Source: Vicugna vicugna (Eukaryota). Taken from it: DNA of 45,743 bases. The position numbers were made by a program, and so were the translations under genes. Under the pieces are notes generated by a model. It was given only the letters and a program-made list of their open reading frames with translations, was not told where the DNA came from and did not search any database. Each line of letters begins with the position of its first letter. Position 1 is the first letter of the stretch. Below are positions 11,321-21,966 of this stretch, piece after piece. Location of the stretch: assembly GCA_013265495.1 (NCBI GenBank), contig MU062907.1, forward strand, positions 3,702,305 through 3,748,047, given 5' to 3'.

Positions 11321-11334
11321 CAGCCCACTTACTC

Positions 11335-11772
11335 TTGGACCTCATCTTCTGTAGCTCTTCCCCTTGCTTGCCTGTAACCACCCTGACCTTCTCACTGATG
11401 CTCATGCCTCCCCAGCTTGCTGTTACTTCAGAGTCTTCACATGGACTGCTCCCTCAGCCTGCGGGGCTCTTTCTCCAGGGGCCTCCGTGGGCCTGCACGG
11501 CGGACTCACCCACCTCCACCAGCGAGGCCTTGACAGTGAAACAGGACCCCGCCCACTTCGCCCTTCCCATCCCTTTGCTTCCGTCTGTTTTCCCTGCTGC
11601 ACCCATCACCACCCAATAGAGACTTGGCTCTATCTGTGTGTTTGTTTACTGTCTCTCTCCCTCCAACTGAGGCGTAAACTCCACACCGTCAGGGATTTGG
11701 TCCGTATTCTTCAGGTTTTTTGTGCACCTGACACAGCGCGGGGACACACAAGAAATCCGGTTGAATGAATGA
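11335..11772 (+). mobile_element. L2 3' end
   Basis: GTTTACTGTCTCTCTCCCTCCAACTGAGGCGTAAACTCC...CAGGGATTTGGTC...ending GTTGAATGAATGA. Confidence 0.75.
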
Positions 11773-14224
11773 CTGTTACAAAGGCCTGAATTTTTTTTAA
11801 ATAGCTGACAGTTATTGATGGTGATTCATATGCCAGGCCTTACTGGTGAGTGAGGGGACCACGCGGAAGGTTACTGAAGGAGGGCGCTAAGAGACTCTTT
11901 AAATCGCATGCATCAGAGGAGCTGAGACGAGGAGATGGCCTTTGTGTGTTAAGCCCATGAGAAGCGCTAAGCAGGTGGGTAAGCCTCAGGTCAGCAGTAA
12001 CCTAAATGCTGAGAGGTCAGCAGAGGCAAGGGAACACTTCCCACACTGAGAATGTGGACTGGACGACGGAGTGAATGAGAACTGTCAAGGCAACTTCTAG
12101 TCCTAGAGGGCGGTGCCGGGCCCACTGCATCACAGGAGGAGAACAGGAGCTCTGTGACCCACCCCAGGGACAAAGGCACCCCAGAGGGCTTCCTGGGTCT
12201 GGGTAAAGTGGGCAAGGTCTGGACTGGAGAAAGAGGGCAGCCAGGAACAGATTGTGTAGCAGTCAAGGAAATTTCGACCTAGCATCTAGCCTCACACTGA
12301 GCTTACAAATTCTAACAGCACGCAGCTTGTAGAACTCTGGCTTCAGAATCTTCAGCAGAACTTATACTCGCCTGTTATACATTGTGTAACAGTACGACAC
12401 CACGCTAAAGTATCAGAATATTCCCATACTGTTGATAAACCGCTGCTGCCCAAGCCCCTCCCCCAGCATCCCACCCCAACCTCCCCAGGATCCAGAGCTT
12501 AAGAGGTGAAGCCTGGGGATCCTGGGGTCTCGCTTTGGCACCACAGCTAGTGTCTGTTTTGGTTGGCTAGGACCTATCATACAGCTTGCTAAGTATTTTT
12601 TTTATCATCCCACCTGCCAATTTAGAAGAAGAGATTGTGTCCACAAAAAGCAAGATAGCAAAGGAATGTGGTGATATTTGGACTTTTTAGAGTTAGGTGA
12701 GAGTTATCAGAAAAGACTAGAGAAATCTGGGGATAAAGAGATTCTGCAGCTAAAATGTGAGGCGTCCCCAGCCTAGAAGAGGGAGGAAATTGTGTCCCCT
12801 TTGTCCACTCGGGAGTCTAATCTTCCGCCTTGTCCACACAGCACAGGTAAGGAACTTAAGGACCTCGCGTTTCAAGAGGTCATTGGCACTGAGATGTAGT
12901 TATAGACGTTTTTCTAGTCCATCTTTAAATCAGCCCAAAAGAGACATTTGTGATGGGGAAACTGGTCCAGATATGGAACCCCATTGCTCCTCTGACACTG
13001 ATACAGGGAAGCCAGTGAAATCGCAGTTGCACGTCTTACCCATGAGAATGGACAGAGCGAGGACTCTGCAGGGGGGCGTGCCCGGCTCTCCTCCTGACCT
13101 CTGAAACCAGCGCGCCCGGGCTACAAGTACCGCCACTTACTCAGCTGTCCTGTGGCAGTTACGCGCACATGCCTGCCGTTCAGGGTTTTGGAGTGTGCGT
13201 TGACATCTGTGTGTGTGTGTGAAGATAAACGGGAGCTTGTTTTGATGCTGGGTGCGATACAGGGGCCCTGCTGGTATGCTGTCAGGAGCCTCACGGCAAA
13301 GCCCATGGGATGGGTTACAGCCCTTGGACTCACTCACTTGTGGGTCTGTTCAGGGTAAAATCTATTATCAGTCTACAATGGTCTTCTTAATGCAGGAGCA
13401 GAAGCTTTAACTGAAATAGAACACTGAATCAAATCAACAATTATGAAACAAATGAGCAATTTTTGGAGAGATTTTTTTTTTTACTGAAAATATAGCTCAT
13501 TCTCTGGAAGTTCAAAAAATGCTGAAAAATGTGCATATTCAGAGGGTGAAGAATCAGAAGTTTATTTATTATGATAAACCTTAAGGAGCCTAGAGAGAAA
13601 ACGGAAAGTAACTGTAATTATCCTACGGGGTGAATGTAGGAAAATTCAACTCAGAAGCTGGGTGTTTCTTTCCAGGTGCATCAAATGTATAGACACAGCC
13701 CTCTGGACGCAGCACCAGGGCATGCACTGAACAAGTCAGGGAGACACCAGTCCCAGTGCCTCAGTGGGAAAAATACCCCCTGGAGTTGTCCACAGGACCG
13801 CCCTGGCCACACCGTGTTACCACCACCACCAATCATGGTTGGAAAGTAAAATGACCTTGATTTGTCTTTCCCTACACCAGACACACAATCAATTAATTCT
13901 ACCATTGTTTTTCAGACCAAGGCATTTGGCATCTTTTCACTTGCCTAATATGTTGTTTGCCAGGCTCTTACTGGAATCATTTGATAATCAATTTGATTTA
14001 ACCATCAAGATGGATTTGGCAGATTTGGGTTGTCTTAGTAATTCATCACACAGGTGAAGGACCTGAGCTCCACATCCAGTTGTAAAGTGTTGCCCGGCCT
14101 CTCCTGGCTGTGCGCGCCCTCCCTGGGGCAGGGCTGGGCTGGGCTAGGGCTTAGTTAGTGACTGCTGGTGACCCAGCCTAGGGGAACAATGTTTAAAAGG
14201 TCTGATTGTATTCTGGTTTCATAA

Positions 14225-14430
14225 AAGTCAGACTGCCTGGATTCAAATCCTGGCTCTGTCACTTTGTAGCTTTGTGACCTCTGGCAACTAATTGAAACTA
14301 AGTGACCCATATATGCCACGCGGATAATAAAAGGGTTATTCTAGGAAGGACATTCGGTGATATACGCAAAGCACTTAGCACAATGCCTGCTTGTAGGAAA
14401 GCACCTAATAAATTGTAGTTGCTGTCATAT
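14225..14430 (+). mobile_element. MIR SINE upstream of the BMP10 promoter
   Basis: AGTCAGACTGCCTGGATTCAAATCCTGGCTCTGTCACTT...TGTGACCTCTGGCAA...AAAGCACTTAGCACAATGCCTG...AATAAATTGTAG. Confidence 0.85.
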
Positions 14431-14599
14431 GAAGTACTTGCCCTATTTTTCAAAAGCCATTTTGGCCAGATCAAATTTGTACAAAAAAGGTTATTGACCA
14501 TAAAGTTTATACTTTCCTGTTTCTAACAATACCAGCTTCTAAAGATGTATATGAGTTCATTTATACCTATTCAATTGGAGATGTCGGCTATTTGGTCTT

Positions 14600-14885
14600 T
14601 CTTCAGAGATGTTTCTGTGAGGATGAAAGTCCCATCGCTCGCGTTAATGACGTGTTGCCATTGATGTGCTGTGTTGATTGCTAATGTCGATTACATGCGT
14701 GTGTGAAACGGAACTGCCTCAGAGCAGAATTTAGGCATCCCTGCCAAAAGGAAGTGAATTAAAAGGAGGAGAAGCAGAGCCTTTGCAAGGAGAAAATTGT
14801 CCTATCTCTCAGCCAGTGTCAGAATGTGGAAATGTTTACAAAATGCTCATTAAAAGAAAAAAGGATTGCAAGATAGAAACAAAAT
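14600..14885 (+). promoter_or_regulatory. BMP10 proximal promoter (upstream of the gap)
   Basis: Repeat-free sequence directly upstream of the 5' UTR: GATA motifs (CTATCT 14802-14807, AGATAG 14871-14876), forkhead TGTTTAC 14833-14839, CArG-like CCTTTGCAAGG 14780-14790. Confidence 0.6.
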
Positions 14886-15021
14886 NNNNNNNNNNNNNNN
14901 NNNNNNNNNNNNNNNNNNNNNNNNNNNNNNNNNNNNNNNNNNNNNNNNNNNNNNNNNNNNNNNNNNNNNNNNNNNNNNNNNNNNNNNNNNNNNNNNNNNN
15001 NNNNNNNNNNNNNNNNNNNNN
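14886..15021. other. Assembly gap (136 N) over the presumed BMP10 transcription start
   Basis: N run directly upstream of the visible 5' UTR. Confidence 1.
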
Positions 15022-15132
15022 CAAACTTGTCTCCAGTGACACGAGACATTTACGCTCCGCCAGATAAAACTGCCACTTGGAGTCCAGGAGCGCTAAACCT
15101 TCCCGGGTTGGCCTGGGGGCTCGAGCAGAGCC
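15022..15132 (+). other. BMP10: BMP10 5' UTR (visible part; the start lies in the N gap)
   Basis: CAAACTTGTCTCCAGTGACAC...GCTCGAGCAGAGCC precedes the ATG and closely resembles the human BMP10 5' UTR as I recall it. Confidence 0.8.
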
Positions 15133-15466
15133 ATGGGTGCCCTGGCCCTGCAGCTGTGCGCTGTCTCCTGCCTGGTGGTTCACTGGGTTTCTGGCAGCCC
15201 CATCTTGAGCCTGGAGCAGTCGCCTCTGGAAGAAGACATGCCCCTCTTTGACGATGTCTTCTCAGAGCAAGACGGTGTCGACTTTAACACACTGCTACAG
15301 AGCATGAAACACGAGTTCCTCAAGACGTTAAATCTGTCTGACATCCCGATGCAGGATTCAGCCAAGATTGACCCACCAGAGTACATGTTGGAACTCTACA
15401 ACAAATTTGCCACAGATCGGACCTCCATGCCTTCTGCCAACATCATTAGGAGTTTCAAGAATGAAG
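15133..15466 (+). CDS. BMP10: Bone morphogenetic protein 10, coding exon 1 (signal peptide and N-terminal prodomain)
   Basis: ATG in GCCATGG context. The translation [36 protein letters not shown]...[12 protein letters not shown] matches the BMP10 N-terminus. The exon ends at a consensus donor AAG|GTAAGT (GT at 15467): 334 nt, phase 1. Confidence 0.98.
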
Positions 15467-16434
15467 GTAAGTGGACATTTTCCTGATGAAATGTGGCTTT
15501 GAGTTTTCAGAAGCAGTAAGTCAGTTTACAATGCAGGGGAATACAGATACAGATAAGGGTGATCCATCTGTATAGGGGTGTGTGTACACAGATACACAAA
15601 AACAATGCACATTTGGTCTATACCATTTTTATGGTCACTTTCCAAATTGTATGAAAAGATACTAAAGTATACCTTTTAATCCAAAGCCATGAAGTGTCTA
15701 CCATTTTGACATCGTAATTGGGTTTTTAAAAGTTTTCCACCTGGCCAGCAGGCAATAAAAAATATTACTGCTAGTCTACCAGTATACCTTTGTCTGTCAT
15801 TTTCCAGATGGGCCTCATCCCATTTGGCTTTTAATTGACTACGAAATTTGTCAACTTCTACTTAGAATGAAAATAGACAAAATACAGAAAGCTGCCATAT
15901 GTGTGTCCCTCAAACTTTGGGTGAGTTTCCATTTTGTGACTTTATTTCAGAAATGTTCAAACAGGATGGAAACTTAACCTTTTAGAGATTCTTCCTAAAG
16001 TTTTGTTTTGTTTGATGTGACATGTATATCCTTGAAGCACTGTTTAAAATTTCCAGGAAATGTGCATGGTGCAGTTAATGATCCAGCTTCCTCCGTGCCT
16101 TTATAAAGAGCAGTGCGCAAGCTTTAATTATCAGTGGGAAAAGTGTGTTTTCTCCATCCCCTCCCCAGATCTTTATTCAGTACTAAATCTAATGACCTAG
16201 CAAGTTAATCCTTTGTTTAATAAGGTGCAAGGGGGCAAAATTTTTTTTTGTAATATTTATGGTAAAAGTTGTGGGTCCAAAGAAACTAATTCTTTGTTAT
16301 TTACCAATTATGCTTTTGTGGTCCTTAACCAGGTGCAGAAGAGGGTTTGGATAGGTGTTGGTCAACTGTTCTTGAAAGCAAAAAGGTGGTGTCAAAACAA
16401 CAGCTCAGTTTTGGCAATTTGAAATTTGCGCCTC

Positions 16435-16585
16435 TTGGGGAGGGATGGAAATGTTAGCTATCCTGATTGTGGTGGTTTTTTCACTGGTGTATAAAATTAT
16501 CAAAATTCATCTAATTGTACATCTGAAATATGTGTAGTTTACTGTACTGGAATCATACCACAATAAAGGTGTTAAAAAACATACA
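16435..16585 (+). mobile_element. Old L1M 3' end (intronic)
   Basis: TATCCTGATTGTGGTGGT...TCAAAATTCATCTAATTGTACA...AATAAAGGTGTTAAAAA. Confidence 0.65.
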
Positions 16586-16609
16586 AAAACAAAACCACAA
16601 TAGCTCAGG

Positions 16610-16790
16610 ATTTGGGTTTTTGAGACAGAGTTGACTTAGCTGGTGTGGATAATTAGCTTATTTCTCCCAACCTCGATTTCCTTATCTGTAAACTGGGAAT
16701 AATATACCCAATTTCAAAGAGGTTACCTGTAAGAAAGTTGTCTGATTGCTACGAAGTGTTCAACAAATGAACAAATATTAGTTATTACTA
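16610..16790 (+). mobile_element. MIR fragment (intronic)
   Basis: CCTCGATTTCCTTATCTGTAAACTGGGAATAATA core. Confidence 0.7.
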
Positions 16791-17469
16791 ACGAAGTCTT
16801 TAAATTCTAGGCATTGGAGGAATGTTGAGTAGGTATGGCTCAGTCCTGGAGACACTTTTTGCCTTTAAAATTTAGGTGACAGCCCAAATTTCAAATATTT
16901 AGTAACGTGTTGGAAAGTTACTTAAGAACTTTTAGCAACATAATGGAAACAGAAAGCTGAAATTACAGATGTCTTTTGGAGGCGAGTCTGAATTGAAAAT
17001 AAACAACCTCCTTCCATGGGAAGCCTTCCTAATGTTTCTGAGCACTGAGCCCTGGGTGGCTGGCTCAGGGTGTGGGTGGGGAAAATGTTTGCATCTCTGG
17101 GGAAGAATAGGAGTTTTTCAGTTTTCACTTCTCCTGTGGAGAATTTGGATGGTCCAGGTCAGGAAGTGGGGTTTTCAGAGCTTCTTATTTCTGAAGATCA
17201 GCGGAGGCAGGAGCAGACCTCTTTGTGGACAACTTAGGTGGCCGCACCTCCGCCAGTCTGTGGCTGGAAATGCACAACTGAAAAGTCTTGAATCCTCCGC
17301 TGGGCTCGCTCCGTTGGTTGTTAGTGGGCCCTTTCATTCTTTGCTTTTGCTCCGTGCAGCTTCCTAGGAGGCAAAGACCAACCAAACAGAAAAAGCCTCC
17401 TCAAATCTAACTAATCAGGGGAAATCAAGTGCCACCTCCAAGGTGGGAAAAGCATGACTTCATTTCCTA

Positions 17470-17640
17470 CCACTGCTTTGACCTCACTTTGTCTTCCTGG
17501 GAAAGTCAGTTCTCTGTACTGAGGCTCGATTTTTTTTTTTTTTTGGAATAAGATGAACAGAAGAAGTGATATCTGTATTGTAGGGTCATTGGAAGAGCTA
17601 AGTAAAACAATATTTGCAAAGCACCTCTAACATGAAATTT
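17470..17640 (+). mobile_element. MIR fragment (intronic)
   Basis: GGGAAAGTCA..TCTCTG..CTCGATTT..., TAGGGTCATTGGAAGAGCTAAGTAAAACAATATTTGCAAAGCAC. Confidence 0.5.
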
Positions 17641-17715
17641 GCTCAACAGATACTCGTTCCAATTCCTGAAATGGAACACCTCCATCTAGTATTATATTTG
17701 TATACACACAGTGAA

Positions 17716-17895
17716 CTTTTTTTTATCAGTGTTATGAGGTCTAATTGACATACAACAAACTGTAGAGATTTAAGTGCATAATCTGATAGATTTTGACACA
17801 TGTAAACATCCATTAAAACCATCACCCCAATCAAGATAGTGAATATATTCATCACCACCAAAAGTTTCCTTGTGCTATTTTATAAACTTGTTCTC
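17716..17895 (-). mobile_element. L1M (L1MB-like) 3' end (intronic)
   Basis: Poly-T, then TAATTGACATACAACAAACTG...TTTTGACACATGTAAACATCC...AAACCATCACCCCAATCAAGATAGTGAATAT..CCAAAAGTTTCCTTGTGC. Confidence 0.8.
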
Positions 17896-19383
17896 CCACT
17901 GTAGTGCACTTTCATTGTGCGTTTTTTTCTAATGGATGGACCAACCAGTCTACTCCTTTATTTTTGGTCTTCTCATGTTTCCTGTCCATGGGGAGTCAAG
18001 CTTCCTCCATCCCTATAAGGGGGGACAACTACCAAATTACTTGCTGTATGAAGGACATATGTCATGCCCATAAATCAATTTGGTCTAGATGCTCTGAATC
18101 TTCAACTAATCAATATTGTTAAAGCACTACCTCTGTTTAAAGCACCGTGGTAGATTGGAAGCATAGAAGGGAGTTTAAGCTGTGGTATCTGCCAGTAGGA
18201 TGACAGTCTAGTTGGGAAGGTCCATTCATAAAAGGACAACTGAAGAAGAACAGAAATGGCAAGGTCTTGGGAGAGGTGTAGAGAGTAAGTACTCAAGTTA
18301 CCCAGAAGGGAGTAAACCTCCAGGTAGAATGGTGAGGAAGGGAGGGTCTCCTAGGGAAGGGTCACAGTTAGATAGGTCAAGATGAGGGGGTAGGACTTTC
18401 CAAGGGTCAGAAGAACATATCTGAGGGTACACTATACAGTAAAGCAAAGGAATGTTTTGGCAAGTGGGGAAGATGGCAGTCTACTTTAAATAGGACAATA
18501 TGTTTAATCTTTGCTTAAAAGATTTGCTTAACCTTTCCACAAATATTAATTGATCAATTGCAATGTTCTCACACTGTAGGGGATGAATGGGGGCTATGAC
18601 ATGATCAAGGGGTTAAGACCTGGTTTATAGCTAGTTTTGAGAGCCACGCTAGAGAGCTTAAATTCATGCCATTGACCTGTGTTTCTCACTGGAAGTGTAT
18701 GAGATGATTTTAGGTGGTGCTCAGAGGAAACTATGAATCATATGACATCACTATATATTTTTCTTAATGTGGATTGGAGAAAAAGTCACATAACTAGTAC
18801 CTCAAACTCCTTATTTCATGGACACTATTGCTTAGGACAATCCTAAAAGAGGTCGTAAGTATTAAAATAATCAGATCAAGTTCAAGAAAAATATTAAAGA
18901 GTACAATCTGGAACATGGACCCCATGATATCATGAATTGGGTACACAGCAGAGAAAATGTTGCCAAAGATGATGCAGAGCCCCTCAACTGGTGGTCCTTA
19001 GTATCTCTGGTGTCGCGGAACCCTCTGATTGATGACAAATGCCTTCAGGGATACCTTGTCGACACGTGTTACCTGGGGCAAGTGTACAGGAACTCTGCAT
19101 GCCTAAAAATTCTCAGATGGGAAGCCAACACAATAATATTTGGAAGTGTGCTTCTAAGACAAAGGACCTTTAAATTTGTATCTCGTAAACATTCTGAGTG
19201 ATTCCTATACACTACGCTTCCATATACATGCTCAGGGTACATGACTCAGGCACCCGATCTATCCACAAAATTCATTTTCCCCATTTCCCCTTATGGAGGA
19301 CCACTCACCCCCAAATTCAGCTGCTGTGATCCCCTTCGCTCCATGGCTATCTTGTTGACCTTGTCAGGCTTTGGTGTCTAGAG

Positions 19384-19580
19384 CAGGGGTCAGCAAGCTT
19401 TTTCTGTAAAAGGCCAGAGAGAGAGAGTAAATATTTTAGGTTTTGTGGGCCGTATGATTCCCGTTGAGACTACCAAACACCACCATTGTAGTAACCACAG
19501 ACACAATGCAGTTCCACTTCATTTCCCAAAATGGGTGGCAGGCCTGATCTGGCCCATGGGCTATAGTTTGCTAACCTGTG
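19384..19580. mobile_element. MER58A-like hAT-Charlie MITE (intronic)
   Basis: CAGGGGTCAGCAAGCTTTTTCTGTAAAAGGCCAGA..GTAAATATTTTAGG and the reciprocal end GGCCTGATCTGGCCCATGGGCTATAGTTTGCTAACC; left flank GTCTAGAG. Confidence 0.85.
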
Positions 19581-20080
19581 GTTCAGATGCCTATTTTCCA
19601 GGAATTCCCCAACTGTGTGAGGGTCTCCATCCATTACAAATGCTAATATGAAAAGCCATGAAATCCTCATCCCTGAAGAGCTTCAAGAAAAGAATCAACA
19701 TCACATGCTTCATTTGATAGCTCCTTATTGGTTAGGAGGATTGGGGGCTTGCCTGCAAAATCTCCAAGGTCCATCCCAGCTTTCCAATTCTGTGGCTGAT
19801 AAGTTACGCAAGCAAGGCTGGGTGTGTTTCCTCTCACTCGTTAGGCGGCCATTTTCCATCTTAGTCTTGGCAGCTTAACTCCGTCTGGTGTTCCACCACT
19901 GACCTTCAGTATTTTCTGTTAGAGATTCTAGCCCTGTGTTTGTTTTCATTGATCTAACCTCATTCTCTCTGTATCAAGCCTCCTGTATGAACAGGACTTT
20001 TTATTGCATAAATATGCATCTGTTTTTCTCTGCAACATCTTGCAAATCTGATTTCTGTCTTTTATTATTATTTTTTCCAG

Positions 20081-21021
20081 ATCTGTTTTCCCAACCAGCT
20101 AGTTTTAATGGGCTCCGAAAATACCCTCTCTTCTTCAATGTGTCCATCCCGCACCATGAAGAGGTCATCATGGCCGAACTCAGGTTGTACACCCTGGTGC
20201 AAAGAGATCGCATGATATATGATGGAGTGGACCGGAAAATTACCATTTTTGAAGTACTAGAGAGCAAAGGGGAAAATGAGGGCGAACGAAGCATGCTGGT
20301 CTTGGTGTCAGGGGAGATCTATGGAACCAACAGTGAGTGGGAGACTTTTGATGTCACCGATGCCATCAGACGTTGGCAAAAGTCAGGCTCATCCCTCCAC
20401 CAGCTGGAGGTCCACATCGAGAGCAGGCATGATGAAATGGAGGATGCCGGCAGGGGACAACTGGAAATAGACACCAGTGCCCGGAATAAGCACGTCCCTT
20501 TGCTTGTCGTGTTTTCCGACGACCAGAGCAGCGAGAAGGAGCGGAAGGAGGAACTGAGTGAAATGATCGCCCACGAGCAACTCCCGGAGCTGGACCACCT
20601 GGGCCTGGACGGCTATTCCAGCGGACCCGGGGAAGAGGCTCTGCTGCAGATGAGGTCCAACATCATCTACGACTCCACTGCCCGCATCAGGAGGAACGCT
20701 AAGGGAAACTACTGCAAGAGGACCCCGCTCTACATCGACTTCAAGGAAATTGGCTGGGACTCTTGGATCATCGCCCCGCCTGGATATGAAGCCTACGAAT
20801 GCCGTGGTGTTTGCAACTACCCCCTGGCAGAGCATCTCACCCCGACAAAACACGCAATTATCCAGGCCTTGGTCCACCTCAAGAATTCCCAGAAGGCTTC
20901 CAAAGCCTGCTGTGTGCCCACCAAACTGGAGCCCATCTCCATCCTCTATCTAGACAAAGGCGTCGTCACTTACAAGTTCAAGTATGAAGGCATGGCCGTC
21001 TCCGAGTGTGGCTGTAGATAG
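20081..21021 (+). CDS. BMP10: Bone morphogenetic protein 10, coding exon 2 (rest of prodomain, furin site, mature growth factor)
   Basis: Polypyrimidine tract and CCAG acceptor ending at 20080. The spliced G+AT gives D112; 334+941=1275 nt = 424 aa plus TAG. RIRR at 20683-20694; mature domain 20695-21018 (108 aa, [13 protein letters not shown]...SECGCR) with 7 conserved Cys. Confidence 0.99.
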
Positions 21022-21960
21022 GAGAGGAATCCTGTGGCTTATTTAATAACTGTAAATGTGTATATTTTGTGTTCCTATTTAATGAGATTATTTAATAAGG
21101 GTGTACAGATCATAGGGGCTTGCTGCCTTAGGGAATTTTGACAGATCGGTTTGTTCAGGAAATCACATAATTTACAGTCTAGTCCCTTCCAATCTGTTTT
21201 CCTTTGGACTTGCCATCTCCTGGCAACACCCTCTCTAACAGCGAGCGGCAAGCCCACACTCCTTGTTCTCTATGTCAGTTTGAAAGAAACACCCCTAAGC
21301 AGAAATACGGTGTCAAGAGGCAGATAATGTGTATGTATATGTGTACAGAGATAAACTTATAAAACCCTTTCGTTTCCAGAGAGGCAGATTCTACTCACAC
21401 ACATGCATGGCTGTATCAAATGTGCATGTGTTGAAAGCCAGTGGTATGTTCTCGGTCCGCTCTTCTCTGAGTAGCAGTTCCATCAAGGTAACTGGCGCCA
21501 GGAAGTTCATCATTCCAGGAAGCCCTCCATTTCCTAAATACTATTGGAAACATAGGTGTCACTTTTGTCGGTTGGGTTTTACCATCACTCACAGCAGGAG
21601 GGCCTGGGGAAAGCAGGCTTCATGTTCGAGGGGAGGGGTTATTTGATACAGAAACCAAATGGCTTCAAGAGGCCGTGACCTTAAGGGACAACAGCAAAAG
21701 GATGAACCCACAGGGGACCCATGTGCTGTGGAGGGCAGTGCCTGGTCAAGGAAGGAAAAGAGAAGGGACTTCAGGGTGACATCCGTTTCTGAAGCGGTAG
21801 GAAAGCAAGGCCACGTGTGTTGGCCTTTATGGCTGCAGAGGGTACCAGCGGTGGGAGGAGGCTCGTAGGGGCAGAGGGGCAAAGGGTAGAGATGCTATCC
21901 TAGGATATGTTTTGCAAAATAGTAAGCAGTTCTAAGTGGAGAGTTAAATATCTTGGACAA

Positions 21961-21966
21961 AATAAA
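21961..21966 (+). terminator. Candidate proximal polyadenylation signal of BMP10
   Basis: First AATAAA I found after the stop codon; another at 22381-22386. Confidence 0.3.

Larger units (their letters stand above)
15467..20080 (+). other. BMP10: BMP10 single intron (4614 bp, GT-AG)
   Basis: GTAAGT donor, CTGAT branch-point-like motif near 20048, TTTTTTCCAG acceptor; joining restores the reading frame. Confidence 0.97.

Noticed and set aside
15467-15486. Read-through of exon 1 to TGA (117-aa ORF)
   Set aside because: The last residues (GKWTFS) are intronic, after a consensus donor; the ORF track simply ignores splicing.
20389-20877. 162-aa antisense ORF over BMP10 exon 2
   Set aside because: Expected shadow ORF from GC-rich third codon positions; no independent evidence.
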